The notes below the pieces were generated by a model that had not been told where the DNA came from, ran no database searches, and worked only from the letters and a program-made list of their open reading frames with translations. The position numbers were made by a program, and so were the translations under genes. This document shows positions 38,593 to 60,994 of a stretch of DNA of 64,000 nucleotides, piece by piece; position 1 is the first letter of the stretch; every line of letters starts with the position of its first letter. Location: NCBI RefSeq assembly GCF_009914755.1, contig NC_060925.1; one strand, given 5' to 3'. Origin of the DNA: the human T2T-CHM13v2.0 reference genome, Homo sapiens.

Positions 38593-39544
38593 TATAGTTT
38601 GAATTTTTATGAGAAAATACTTACTGATGATGGAATTAAAATAAAAATTTTGTAAGAAATATAATATGCACAATGGGATGTCAAGGAAACTGGATTCATT
38701 GGTAGAAATGAGCATATTATTGTATTATTATTAAGTCTCTCTTCTTACTGATTGGAAATGTCTAGAGATTTTTTTCATCCATTTAATAAGACATTCTTCT
38801 TTTCTTATACCACCCTATTCTAAGAGTAATGCCACTTGTACTCTTGATCTTATCTTTACCCTGTTTCTTCATGACCATACTCCATCAGTTACACCTTGCC
38901 TTCTCGCTTAGTGCCCCAGTTTCTTCTTTTAATACTACTACTTATTTTTGGCTAAAGCCTGTTTGAAACTTTCCATTCTATATTTAAAAAAAAAAAAAAA
39001 ACCTTCTCAATCTTGCCATCCTTCTAAGCTACCACCCTAGTTCTCTTTCTCTCTTTACACTGAAATATTTAATTAAATATTTCTCATTCCTCATTACTCA
39101 TTTGCCTTTTGTTTCTACTACTCTAATGAAATTTTACGTTTTGAAGTTAAAAGTAACCGCTAATGGCCTCTTTAATTAGATGACCTAACTCAGCATTCAA
39201 CCGTGTTGACCATCCTCCTTGTTAAACTTCTTTCCTTGGCTTCTGTGATATTCTTGTCCTGGTCCTTCTCAGACTCCTTTGTGTTTTTTTCTTCCATATT
39301 CCTCTTAAATCTGATATCTTCTGTGACTAGATAAAATGTCCCTTCCTGTAGCTCCCATCACATACTGTTCAAAATCTACTATAGCACTTTTCATAACTGT
39401 ATTGAAATAGCATTGTCTCTTGCCCTATAGCCTTTTAGGATCCTAAAGGGTAGAAGCCAAAATGTTATTATTCATTTTTGTGTGGGTGTGTGTGTGTGTG
39501 TGTATGTGCGTGCGTGCGTGCGTTTTGTTTTAAAATTCCCCGTG

Positions 39545-39850
39545 GCTGGGCGCGGTGGCTGACGCCTGTAATCCCAGCACTTTGGGAGGCCAAGGTGGGT
39601 GGATTACTTGAGGTCAGGAGTTTGAGACCAGCCTGGCCAAAATGGCAAAACCCTGTCTCTACTAAAATACAACAATTAACCAGGCACAATGGTGCATGCC
39701 TGTAATCCCACTACTCAGGAGGCTGAGGCAGGAGAATGGCTTAAACCCGGGAGGCACAGGTTGCAGTGAGCCAAGATTGTGCCACTGCACTGCAGCTCGG
39801 GCGACAGAGCAAGACTCCATCTCAAAAAACAAACCAACATAATAATAATA
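39545..39850 (+). mobile_element. Alu, preceded by a (TG)n(TGCG)n microsatellite at ~39480-39521
   Basis: Full Alu; TSD taaaattccc. Confidence 0.9.
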
Positions 39851-40983
39851 AAATTCCCTGTATCCTCAGTTTCTCCTCCCATTCCCTTCTTGGTCTCCAT
39901 AAGCAACTATTCTTAATACATTTTTTATTTGTATATATTCTTGTAAAATGTATTGCCTTGTGTGTATCAATTTGCATAAATGGCATTGTGCTATCTAGCT
40001 TGTTCTGTTTCTTACTTTTTATAATTACTATGCCTTTGCAGTCCATCATGTTGCCATGACTGCACATGATCTGTTGCTTCTATCTGCTGTGTCATACTCC
40101 ATAATATACACTTATTTTACTGAGTCTCCTTTGTGGCTTTTTTTTTTTTTAAAGAGACGGGGTCTTGCCATGTTGCCCAGGCTAGTCCCGAACTCCTGGG
40201 CTCAGGCAATCTTTCCGCCTTGGCCTCCCAAAGGCCACCATGCCTGGCCTCCTGTGTGACTTCGTGTCTACACCTAGCATTGCACAGTGGTACATAGAAT
40301 ATGTTAGCTGAATGAATAATACATAAAAAGATATTTCCTGATACTTTGTTCTTAGCCCTGTCACATCGTAACCTATTTACTCTCTTCCTCAGTGGGTGAT
40401 TTCATCAGTTTTATTGGTTTCTATGGGTTGTTAACACCCAGATTTGTTATTCTCTTATACCTAGACCCATATATCCAAGTGCCTTTTTGACTTGTGCACC
40501 TAAATATCCCGTATCACAGTCTCAGCATCCTTCCCTAAAAGCCTGTGTGTTCTGCCTTTGTTCTCTGTTTTGGTTAATGGCATCACCAACCATCCACTCA
40601 CCCAACCTAAATACTTCAAAGTATCTGTGTGTCTTCCCTCTTTGTGTCTAATCAGGTGCTAAAACCTGTTGGCTCTTCTCCAGAGTACCCCTTAAATGTG
40701 GTTTTTCTCTCCCTCTTATATTTTGACTTTAGATCCAAATGGTCTCTGGATCTAGCCTCCTACCTGACACTCTGCTACTCATCTTATATCCTAGATTTGT
40801 AACCTAACCATCATTAGTATCAAGTTGATCTTGTTTTTCTCTTTAAAAACTTCTTGTGACTCCTTGCTGCCTAAAAAATTAAGCTTAAAGACATTACATT
40901 CAAGACATTTACAGACTGGCTGGAACCCAGTCTCATTTCCTGCCAGTCTACTAGCTATAAATCTGACCTGTGTAGCCAAATTA

Positions 40984-41472
<489 letters not shown>

Positions 41473-42889
41473 TTAGTGATAATAGGAGAATTTATATATT
41501 TGTGCTGATAAGCATCACAGATTATAGGGATTTGTTTACTTTCTTTATGTTTATTATTATTATTTTTTTCACTAAATGTAAGCTCCTCAGGGGGCAGGTC
41601 CTTAATCTTATTTACCACTATATCCCAGGTATCTGGACCCAAGTAAGTACTTCATAAGTATTTGTCATACAGGAGAATGATTTCAGGCCCTGTAAGTCTA
41701 CCTTGAATGTATTCAAGGCTCAAAATAGATTGCTAATTATTAATTCATATTTCTCAGAAAAGAAACTTAACTTTAGTAATATAATTTCATAACTTTTACT
41801 GTTGTTGATAATTTCCATTCAGTGACATTATTTACATCTTACCCCGTACTAAGAAGGAACAATTTGTTCTTCAGGCAGGAAATCATTGCATTGTGTTCGT
41901 TCTTTATTGGTAGTGAAGGATACCACATAATTGGAATATGTACTTTTGCTCACTATTTTGTATTCATCTAAAGAAAAAATCGTTTGGAAATTATTTCCTA
42001 TTACTTCTTAATTTTCAACTGACATTTAATCTTGGTATCCTTTCCTATCAAATTGGGGTGTGATTATCTGCATTCCCTGACTGGTCAGTAAGGGGAACTT
42101 TCAGTATCAGATAAAATAGTTCAGTATGAAAAAAATTAGCTTGTCTTTCTTCATCTGGATACATACAAAAATATTATTTCCCAGACTTTTTAGCTAAGAA
42201 CCTTTATGGTCATCTGTCTAAATTACACAGATTCTCTATCTTTTAGAATGTATCAACTGATCCTCCATTTCTCCTGTGATTTTTTTTTTTTTTTTTGAGA
42301 TTTGCGCTTTTTTTTGTCCTGTTTTATTGTTGCTTGTTTGTTTGTTTGTTTGTTTGGCTTTCACAAAATCTTTATCATCCCCCTTTGTCTGTTTACTTTC
42401 CAAAGTGGTAACTTTGAGTTCTTTAACCTTTAAAATGTCTTTTTCAGGCTCTTGTCCATCCTTTTCTGTGAATATCTGTCATAGGACAAATGACTGACAT
42501 CTTCACCCCAGACCTAGAAATCATTAAAGGAGGAAGGTGCCAAAACAGAGTCTTAGAGGCCTAGAATAGAGCCAGTTTTCCTATTCCTTATGGGATTAAA
42601 ATGGAAAAGAGGGTCTTGGTTATTCTAATCTGGTGACATTTAAAGTTTCCATATGGTGTTGCCATCCTTCAGAATGAAAAGAAGAGCTCATGTCACCAAA
42701 GATCACTCCTGTTCTTCTTATCCATCCATATCCCAATCCTCTTTAGCACACTTCTTTTTTTTCTTAGAGACAGGTCTCACTGTGTTGCCCAGGCTGGTCT
42801 CACACGTCTGGCCTCAAGTGATCTCCTTCAGCCTGCCAAGTAGCTGGAATTATAGGCACGAGCCACTGTGCCTGGCTCCCTTTAGTACA

Positions 42890-44935
<2,046 letters not shown>

Positions 44936-47269
44936 ACTTCTGTTATGAACAGAAGATAAAGGCAGTCTTAGGTTGGGATTACTTGGACCTAACAGTTGCA
45001 GTGGTCACCTTTAGCATGCACGATTTCACCATATATTTGTGCCTTACTGCAGTGATGACCATTGCCAGGTTGTATTCAAAATTATCACTAAACACCCTGC
45101 AATGCAATGATAGCCCACCTTTTACTTTTTAGTCTTGACGTTTTTACTCTCTCCCCATTTTGTTCTCTAGAGAAGAATGATCCTTCCTTAATTTGAGTCC
45201 CAATCTATCTATTCGACTGCTGGTTGAAACCGAATAACTAGCTAGCTACTTCTTTCTACGTAAGGCTACAGTGACAGCCGAAATTGCTGCCTTTCCATCT
45301 GCCGACTTGTGACATAGGGCTTGTTCTTTATCTTAATATGTTACTTAGATATTCTATTCCACCTTCTGTCATTAGGATGTATGATTACACTGTCCTTGCT
45401 TCTGTTTGCCTGCCCTGGCATCCTGCTCTCACCATGGTAGGGGTCTTAAAGTTATTACTGTCCCCTTTTTCATTCTGCCCTGTCTCTTTTCACACCCCAC
45501 CTCCACTTCCCCCACAAATTTCTTATTCCTGTTACTTGATAACTTCTAAATATGAATAGTTTCTACTTCTTAACCAAGATAAGGCCCTCTTCCCAGGACC
45601 TCACTTTTGAGCAGCTTGTTTCTTGGCATGTTTCTGTGTAATATCAGTCTGTTTATAATTTAAGAAACTTGCTTCAAATAAATTTTTAGAGTTAAGACCC
45701 ATCTCACAGTTACGCAGCTTCAGATCTCTCTCCCATAGAATACCTTAACTAGAGGAAATGAAGATATCCTTTCACATCTTGTTTACTGAGCTCTTTTAAA
45801 ATATATTAACCTTGAAGTTTTCGGCACTGTCTGTTAATGGTGAGTGAAAGAGCCCAGCACATCTCCAATAAAGGTTTTTCAAGTTCATAGGGTTAACTTT
45901 AAGTATCACACACAGCTATAGTCTGTAGGCTGGGTTTCACTGTGTAATACTTCAGAGACAGTTTTGGGTTGTGTGGGCCCCCTACCCGAACCCTGCCAAC
46001 CTCATGGTGTTTCCTGTAATTCATTAGATTGCCGATTGCTCCATTTATCTGCCAGAACCCACCCACTTCCAGGGTTGGCCTTTTCCTTCCTATTCCTTGT
46101 GAATGTAAAGTCTAAGTCTTAGAAAATTCCAATCTCAAATAAATTGTACTTGGTGTTCCTCTAAACATTAATGATATTGTTTAGAAAACATTTAAACAGA
46201 GAGGCTATTTGTTCATTGCTGATGTTAGGCCTTATACTTGTCTAGCAAATTTTAAGCTCCTTGAGGGCAGTGGACTACATCTTACATAGTCACATCTCTG
46301 TTCCCATGTCATTACTCACGTTGCTTATAATACACAGTACCCAGCAAACATTAAGTATTCAAACCATTCAGAGCCTGGGCCCTGCAAATCATGCACAAGT
46401 CCAGAAAACTTTCCCAGATTTCTCCAATAGTATTTTGGTTGTTTAACCCTGATAACACAGAGATGTGTTGTGTTGTTTATTTTTTGTTACATTTTGTATA
46501 TTTGATGTTAGACCAAACCTCTCCTGGTTTATCGACTTTATAACATTTGTTAGTTTAAAATAAACAATAATACCGATTACTTATCATTTCTGTTAGAATT
46601 TGCATGTTTATCATAGCTTAAATTGTTTAAAATGATAGATTCAGGATTCAGATTTCTTGCATTCTTCATTCCATTCTAGTGTTTCTCAAACTTTTTGGAC
46701 AGTAACACATATTAAAAAGTAGACTTTGCATTGTGACCCAGGGTACACACCTATATTCTTATGCTAGAAGTAAAGTTCCTCAAAATGCATCTTCTAACAT
46801 TCAGTGCTCTGCAGTGTTTTTTATTCTGTTTTGTTTCATTTTTAAGTTACTGATCAAGACCTACTAAATTGAAATTCATTCCTACAAAGTCCTGGGGATG
46901 TATTTCTGTATTACTCAATCAGCTAACATAGTCAGCACTTAACTATATATAACACTTATTGTTCTTCACTACTTAATTAGCTTTGTGACCTTGGGAAAGT
47001 CACGTGTTTGATATTCAGTTTTTCTATAAAATGAAGATAATAGTGATGTTTACTTCATGAGGAATGCTGTTAGGAATAGATTAGATATGTAAAAAGCACA
47101 CTGTTTCGCAGGCAATAAACGCTCGAGTGTTAACGTCTCTGTTGTTTTTGCTGTCATTATTGTTAAAAATACTTTGATTTGACCTTCCTATCTGTTTTGG
47201 AAATACTGTATGTAAAACATATACTACATATAACTTGTTTCCTTATAACTTTTATTATATATATTTACA

Positions 47270-49884
<2,615 letters not shown>

Positions 49885-51080
49885 TGAAATATTTTTAAAT
49901 CATGACAATTTTCTCTCTTTACTGTCATGTTTAATTTTTGTACTATTTTCCAAAAAATAAAGTTTAATTTAAATGAGGCTAAATCAGCTCTTTTATTAGT
50001 ATCAAACATTAAAATCTAGTTCTTGTTCAGCAATTATAAAGGAACTTCCAGAACAAGGGTTTTCTTATTGTTGTCATCTTTATCCAGAATGTTTGCTTTA
50101 TTTCCAGTTGCTCAGGTTGCTATAAACTACTTATAGTTTATCTATAGTGTGAATTACTTGACAGTAAATAGATTCAGTGTGCATGTGATAATGATTCCTT
50201 TTAACATGCTTTTGGTAGCATTAACCAAATACTTGGAATCATATTGTTGTTCTGGTCCCTGGCATGAAGTATTCAGATTTCTTTGAAGACCTATGATGTT
50301 CACATTGCTGATTACTTTTTAAAATATCACTTCAGAATTGTCTCTTTAGTGGCAAAAATACATCCTAATCCAGTTATGGTACCAGCCTGAGTCTTGAAAA
50401 TAAAACCTTATAGTTGAATATAAACTTCCAATTAAATGAGCCTTAATTCTTCACCATTGGATTTTGAACGATTTTTCATGTTGGTGCCAAAGAATAAAAA
50501 GAAATTGATTTCCTACTTTAAGATTGGAATATACACACACACTGTACTGGGAAGTGGGGAGGAGGTGACTACTTCATATTTCCTTTTGAAGTTAGGAATA
50601 ACACAGCTGAAACTTTTGGAGAGCAAGTATGGCCGACTCTAAGAAGATTATGTGATTTGATTTTAAGCTTTCAGTAGTGGTGTGTTTCATTCAGCCTGTG
50701 ATAGTAAAAATAAATGAGTAATAGATGACTAGTGTGCTCTGGCTGCTGTGATAATACCCTCTGTTATTGAATCTGTCTAACCAGCCAGTTATTTTTCTGC
50801 TGTCTGAAATTAAAGACCATCATGTTTTCTGACAATGTAGGAATTTCTGTTCAGTTAATGTGTGTGTTGTTATTTAATTAAAAATAATAAAATTGAATTT
50901 ACTTTATTTTTATTACTAAACCCCCTCCAAACTCTAATATCATTTAAAATTTCTTATAAAATAACTGAAATATCATTAATATATTACAACTCAGCTTTGA
51001 TAGTTTTGAATATAGGTGTTTGGTCTTTAAATTTTGACCCGAGATATAAATGATAGTGGTAGCACATCTAGTCATTGACC

Positions 51081-51575
51081 TTGTAGCCAGCCTCCAAGAT
51101 AGCTCCCAGTGATCTCTACCCCATGATATTCACACCCTTGGGTAGTCTGCCCCCAAATTTACCAGAGTTGGTCTGTGTGACTGATAGAATACATCAGAAA
51201 TGATGGTGTGTCACTTCCAAGATTAGGTTATAAAAGACATTGGGACTTCCATCTTGGTCTCTGTCTCTTTTATGGGGCTGAGGGTCACTTGCTGTGTGGG
51301 AAGCTGGCACTTGTAAGGAGCCAAGGCCTACGCCAACAGTCATGTGAGTAAGTAAGCATGGAAGTGGGTCCACCAGTCCCAGTCATGGCTTCAGATGACT
51401 ACAGCCCTGACCAACAGTTTGATTGCAACCTCATGAGACCCTGAGCCAGAACCACCCAGCTAAGCCCCTCCCAGATTCCTGACCCTCCAAAACTGTGAGA
51501 TTTTTTTTTAATGTTTATTATTTAGGCTGCCTACTTTGGGGGTGATTGGTATGCAGGAATAGATCATCATTACAC
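51081..51575. mobile_element. MLT1-family solo LTR
   Basis: tgtagccagcctccaagat...cagatgactacagccctgaccaac...ctgagccagaaccacccagctaag...gattcctgaccc. Confidence 0.8.
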
Positions 51576-52449
51576 ACCCCCATTAAATCTCTTCATTCTT
51601 CAAATCTTAATATCTGTTTTGGGGTTTTTTTATTATTTATACTGTTAAACCTGTAATCCATATAGTTCACCTGACTGAATCATTAAGTTGATTGAAAAAT
51701 ACCATGTTCTGTCTCCCATGTTCCAGTCCAGTGTTTGATATAATAAATATAGACTTTGATTTCACCTTTCCTATATTTGACCCCATATTAGAATGTACTT
51801 AAGAGAATCGCTCTCTGACAAGGAGTCTTCTTGAGGTTATTCCACAGATCCTTTTCCTTTACAGGCAAAGCCGTCTGTATTATACAACTTGTAATTACTA
51901 TGCAAGTGATTATGGAATTACTATGAAGTACTACAGGAGAAAGCAGACAGCCAAACAACTGTTCTCAGGCTGAGACCTCACCAAAGAAGCTCTTTGTCTA
52001 TTACTCATAACTCTGTGGTGCTTATTAATTATACAGGGTAATCACAGTGTGGGTTTTAAAAGTAATATTTTGGGGATTAGTTAACTATATACTACTCAAA
52101 CCAGAGAGACAGCTTCTCAGCAGATCTGATGTCAAGGTCATGAATTGTAGTCCCAGCTCCTACTCCTCCATCCCACTTTCTCCATGGTGCTCTGAAAAGG
52201 AAAAGGTTATTAAAAGTATTTGGGTTTACTTTTTCTATTTCCTTTTTGCCCTAACTAAACCAACAGTGCCAATAGTTATTCCTTTACCATCACTAACCAT
52301 ACTGAAATGGCTATCATGAATAAGAAATGTGACAGTTAGAAAAGTAGTATTTCAGCTGCATAAAGAGATTATTTTTTCTTTTGCTTCTTTTTCTAAACTT
52401 TTCTATTTTTCTAAACATGGCCTAAAAAAGTGGAAAAAAAAAAAAACAA

Positions 52450-53083
52450 CATAGCTGGGTGAGGTGGTATGTGCCTTTAGTCCCAGCTACTCAAGAGGCT
52501 GAGGTGGAAGGATCACTTGAGCCCAGGAGGTCAAGGCTGCAGTGAGCTGTGATCACACCATTACACTGCAGCCTGGTTGACAGAGCCAGACCCTGTCTCA
52601 AACAAAAAAGAAAAAAGAAAAAAAAAATTTGATACTTTCAGTGAGTTACAGGTAATCAATTTCAGGTTTTTATAGCTGAATTTAAAGAAACATGGTAAAA
52701 GGGAAACATTGATGAGTCCCATGTTGTTTGGCACTGTTGCTTTTAAAATACAACTAGCTTTTTGGTTTTACTTTCAGTATGTTTTATTTATTTATGTATT
52801 TTTAGAAACAGGTTCTTCTTCTGTTAACCAGGCTGGAATGTAGTGGTATAATCAGAGCTCATAGCAGCCTAGATCCTAGGCTCAACCAATCCTCCTGCTT
52901 CAGCCTCCCAAGTAGCTGGGGCTACAGGCACATGCCGTCATGCCCAGCTAAATTTTTGTTTTTTGTAGAGACAAGGTCTCCCTATTTTGCCCAGTTTGGT
53001 CTTAAACTCCTGGGCTCAAGTGATTCTCCTGCCTCTGCCTCCCAAAGTGCTGGGATTACAGACATGAGATGCTGCGGCCGGCT
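52450..53083. mobile_element. Sense Alu right monomer (~52450-52627) and antisense AluJ (~52781-53083)
   Basis: Alu consensus. Confidence 0.85.
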
Positions 53084-53226
53084 ATTCACCATGTTTTAAA
53101 ATAAGAAGAAGAATGGCTGGTTCTGGAGCTGATCTTTTCTTTCTCCATCCTAAATGGACTGGAGGTTATTTTGAAATTTTACTGTGAATTTCCTTTTTAA
53201 CTTGGAGCTGAAAAAAGTAGGGTTTC

Positions 53227-53539
<313 letters not shown>

Positions 53540-55175
53540 TCATCTTAGACTCTGTGTTTTATACCTCCCCCACTTTTAATTCACACACACACACACAACA
53601 CACCATAAGGCTAGAAAGATAGTTATTAGTAACTTAAAGAAATGGATTTCTCTCTTCATATTTCCAGTATACAAATAACATCCAAATACTCCAGTAATGT
53701 CATAAAGTAAGATGGCTGCAGTCAAGCCAGAAGTAAAACCCAGAATTTCTAACTGCTTTGAACATTTGCCAGCTGATAAGAACGTAAAATTTTACCATAA
53801 GGCTAAGTGATTCCTGGGGCCTAAATTGGACAGTCAATGAAGAAGAAGTGTTCAGATTTTCAGCACTGAAATACTTCTGTGTTAAAAAAAAAACCCATGT
53901 TTGCTTTATTTTCTTAAAGTTTCCTTTAAATTAAAGCATAGCCAATGAATTGCAAATTTCCCTTTTTTTTAAACAGGCTCCTATTTGTGGATGGCAGTGC
54001 TAAGAAAACATGACTACTGATTAGTTTTTTAAAATGGACAAATAATAGTAGTTTTCATAACCAGATTTAATTTGAAAGCTTAAATTATATAGTACTTTGC
54101 TGTGACTTTTTAGTTTCTTCAACCCTGTGTTAACACTTCATTTTTCATTGTAAAATATCTCAAGAAACTTTTAAATATCTGTGTAATAAGTAAAAAGTAA
54201 TGTACATGTAATGTATGATGCTCATGTGGAGTTCTTCAAGCTCTTCCTACAGAGATAAGGAAAGAGGGAAGCCTAGGAATATCTTTCCACCCACTTCCTG
54301 ATCCTTATACTCCCAACTGGGTACCCAGGGCTAACGTCCTTGACCAGACTCCAAGCACCAGCTTGCATCCCTTTCTTACATGCTCATCCCCAAGGCTCAT
54401 CAAGCCTTGAAAGAGACAGAAAAGAGAATGGAAAGTAACAACCAGAGACAAGAAGAGGGGGTGGAATTTGGCAGCAGGTGGAAGAGGTTTTGTCTGCATG
54501 TCTGGTTATGAGGTGCCTCCATCCTCCTTGACCCATCAACAACTGAGTAATGGTTCATATGTACAGGTCACAAGTAGTCCTAGATTGTAATGTGATCCTG
54601 CTTATATTTTGCACACTTTATATATCTGCTGGCATTTTGTTAGGTCTCTAAATATATAAACTCATAAAATTATCATACTTAACATGTTTTAGAAATGCTA
54701 GTACCATAACACGGAAAAAAATAAGATGTACCTGCTGGTAATATAAGCATTCATAAGCAGATATAAGCAGAGTCAGTAAGCACAGAGGTTAAGGACACAG
54801 ACTTCGGGGCCAGGTTGCCTGGGTTTAAATCCCAATTCAGACAGCTTGCTAGATGAGTAACCAGGAATAGTTTTCTCATCAGCAAAATCGAGATGATAGC
54901 ACTACCTTACAGGGTTGTAAATTTTAAACAAGTTAATCTGACTATAAATATTTAAAACAATGTCTAATACATAGTGCTTTATAAGTATTTGTTCTTGTTA
55001 ATATACCATGCCACCTTTCTAATGCTGTTTCTTTAGATGGCTCAATCTGACTTGTAATTAGTAGGTTACATTTATACTAATACCACAACCTTTAATGTAT
55101 AACCACTGGATAGCAAATCCCCCTTCCTCAGTAGTTTTAAAAAGCAAGATGCTTATTTTTTTTCCTCTTTCCCAG

Positions 55176-55406
55176 GCCCAACACAGAGATACTTTCATTG
55201 AAGAACGCTATGGAAAATATAACATCAGTGATCCTTTAATGGCTCTACAGAGAGATTTTGAAACACTGAAGGAGAAAAATGATGGCGAAAAGCAGCCAGT
55301 CTGCACAAACCCACTCTCTATTCTTAAGGTTGTGATGAAGCAGTGCAAGAACATGCAGGAGCGCATGCTGTCCCAGCTGGCTGCTGCTGAGAGCAGGCAC
55401 CGAAAG
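55176..55406 (+). CDS. CTTNBP2NL: CTTNBP2NL exon 4, aa 34-110 (AQHRDTFIEERYGKY...AAAESRHRK)
   Basis: Acceptor tttcctctttcccag|GCC, donor AAG|GTAGGT; 231 nt, phase 0/0; lies within ORF 55095..55442. Confidence 0.97.
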
Positions 55407-55561
55407 GTAGGTTCACCTCAGTTGATGTGTAAATCTTTGTGAAGTCTTTATAAATTATGCCTGATACTTTCTTGTCAGCTGCCAGTTTTTCACAGTAATT
55501 CAATTGGGACATCTCACGGGTATCAAAAAGCCCCTTAGTTTATGTAAGAGCCAGGAGATAA

Positions 55562-55923
<362 letters not shown>

Positions 55924-56240
55924 CAGACACGTTATTTAAGACAGCATTTCTTCTTGATATGTCACTCCAAAACACTTTGTATGTTTTTTCAGTTCTTGAT
56001 CATTCAAACTTTGGGGTTTGGCCAAGCTTGTAGCTGACGGGAGTGTTCTCTATTTGCTTACTTAAGAGATAAATAAAAAGATTAACAGGTATTTGAGGCA
56101 TGCTATATCCAAGGGAGAGAAAGAATTTACCTGAGGATAAACACAGAAGCCAATAGATTATTTTCATTTATTCCTATTATTCCTAGTTTTGAGTTTCATT
56201 GCATTTTGTTGCTCATGAAACCATAAACAGTCCCTTGGTT

Positions 56241-56436
56241 TATTTACCTTAAAGGTGTTCTACTCTATTAGTGAGGGGTGTGTGTGTGTGTGTGTGTTTC
56301 CATATTTAACAAGCCCTAAAATAGGAAGGCAAACCTTATGGTTATTTACAGTATTTACTTTAAAGCTGTTCTACCCTATTAGTAAAGAGTGTGTGTGTGT
56401 GTTTCCATTTCTAACAAGCCCTAAGAAGGCAAACCT
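56241..56436. repeat. Diverged tandem duplication (period ~111 bp), each copy with a (GT)n tract
   Basis: tatttac.ttaaag.tgttctac.ctattagt...(gt)n.ttccat...aacaagccctaa...gaaggcaaacct occurs twice. Confidence 0.85.
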
Positions 56437-57867
56437 GTGCTTTCCTCTGCTTCATCTTACTGGAATTCTAGTGCTTGTGAATTTATTCACCAACTTGTCA
56501 TCTTGTCATTTACTCCTCAAATTTGGCCTGTAAAAGATGCTTGGCTACAATCTTCATTTTTAAAACACTGTCAGTTTAGATTTATGCCAACAAGGCAGTT
56601 ATCAGTGCATTTGGTAGGAAACATTTTCATCTGAAAAATAGGGTTAGCAGCTGCAAAATTTGGTGGACCTTACTTTTATGGTTATCAGCATTAGAGCCAT
56701 CTTCTTAAATTGCATCTGATACATTTTCTAGGCTCTGGATCTTGCCCGTGATCTTTTCTTTCCCTTCACAGAAGCCAAATGAAAGGCCAGAGTGGAACTT
56801 CTTAACCATGGATAGGCCTCAGATGTTCCACAGTCCCCCAGAAAATAGACAGAATGTTCAGAGTTTATGCATTTTTGTAGGAAATGTATTTTTTCCATAG
56901 CTTTAATCAGATTCTCCAAGTTACCCAAGACCCAAAAATGTTTAACCTCTGGTTAGAATGAAGTAATCTGAAAACATTTACACTCCAATTTAAAAGGTAT
57001 CAGTGGGTGGGAGTTAGTTGCCTAAATTGGGTGGAGGGGGAGCTTTTACATAATTCTCTAAAAATCTTCACAACATTCTTGTTTAATAGGCAGGCTTTAT
57101 TTCCACTTCATCCATGAGGTGACTGAGTTGTGTTGAAGCTAGTTGGGCTAGCTTTCATGCCCATGGAAGGTGTACTAGGGACAGTTTGTGTTTCTAGGTG
57201 ATTGGAGAGAGGAAGAAGTTAAAAATAATTCAAAATTTCTTAATACTATATTGCAGTGCTAAATGTTTTAAGTGAATATTAAATTTTTGAAACAAAGTAC
57301 CTATCTATTCTTTTTTTTTTTTTTTTTTGAGGTGAAGTCTCACTCTGTCACCCAGGCTGGAGTGCAGTGGTACAATCTTGGCTCACTGCAACCACCACCT
57401 CCCAGGTTCAAGTTTAAGTGGTTTATCAAAGTAGAAGACTGACTTTGTTAGAAATCAAACAGTACCTAGAGGCTTATAATTAGGGTGCTCATAGTCTCAG
57501 CTTATGCCTGTCACCTTGGCTTAGTTATTAACCATATTCCCTTTGACTGTCAGAAATGTTCTGGTTTGAATAATAAATTACATGGTCATTGTGCTTACAA
57601 TGAAAAACAGTTTTCTATTCCACCTCTTCTCATTCCCCATCCTCCCCAGTATTCACAGGCAACCAGTTTTTTCTTTTAGCCATTCACTTTGGTAGCTAAC
57701 CTCCATATTTCTAAATACTGCACTGTTCTCTCTTGCTTTATCAATTTTAGACATTTATATTACTTTCTTTTATATAGGTGCAGATTTAGTTATCTTACAC
57801 CCCGCCTCCCTTTCCTCTCCTTAACCCTTACCCAGAACAAATTTAATCCTCTTTTCCCACCACCATT

Positions 57868-57961
57868 CTCTGTCACATCTACTATTCCCAAATCCTGAGC
57901 CTGTCACACTATTTCTTGAGTGTGACAGGCTCAGGATTTGGGAATAGTAGATGTGACAGAG
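57868..57961. repeat. Perfect inverted repeat, 43-bp arms, 8-nt spacer
   Basis: 57868-57910 is the exact reverse complement of 57919-57961. Confidence 0.97.
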
Positions 57962-58033
57962 GCCAGATGCTGATGGTCTGTGTGCAGGAATCAGGGTGAA
58001 GGGACAAATAATTCTGAAAATACAGGCTTTGAA

Positions 58034-60310
<2,277 letters not shown>

Positions 60311-60994
60311 ATATTTGTCTTCTCCTTAAAATTGGGCTTAATCCTTTGGCACCAGGGTAAGTGAAATAGGGGTAGGCAAGTTAAATAAAAGGGCGTATGA
60401 AAAATCTCCATTTAAGGTCTCTATATTTGAGCCTTTTTACATGCAGTAGGAAGTCAAGAGAGTCTATCCACCTCTTATCTAACTATATAAAAATGTATAT
60501 TATTAGTTAAACAAGGCACACTTAGAATGTCACCTATTTGAAATGTTGAATTTCAGGCTCCTTCTTTGGTGCCTCTGGTGATTTGAGAATTGAGAAGAAA
60601 ATCTCAGCTTTCAGGTTTCTGTGGTCCTGTCTTGCTCCATCACCTACACCTGGCCCCTAGTAACACCAAACTGCCTGCAGTTTCTTGGAATTTCTGTTAA
60701 TTCTCGACACCTCCTCAACCCCTCTAGCTAATTAGTTGCTCTCTTCTCTCTGTTTGCATATCATTCTCTACATACTTCAAGTAAAGTAAGTATCTTACTG
60801 TTTAACACAGAGCTTTCATGTCTTTCACTGTAAGGCAGTGTGCTCCTTGATAGCCCTTGCTGGGTTTCATTTATTCGTTTGTTTGTTTGATCTCTGGAAC
60901 TATCTAAGGTGCCTGATTTGGCACTTATTATTGGTTGTATTAATAAATGTGACTCCTTGATATTTGAAAATGAAATTTAAAAAATTCTTTAAAG

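Noticed and set aside
44940-45320. Unique, mildly CpG-retaining stretch with a TGATGA box-C-like motif
   Set aside because: No convincing box D or terminal stem and no exon structure; cannot support a snoRNA or exon call.
57868-57961. Known microRNA gene
   Set aside because: I recognise no mature miRNA here, and a mismatch-free stem is atypical of conserved pre-miRNAs. Kept only as an inverted repeat.
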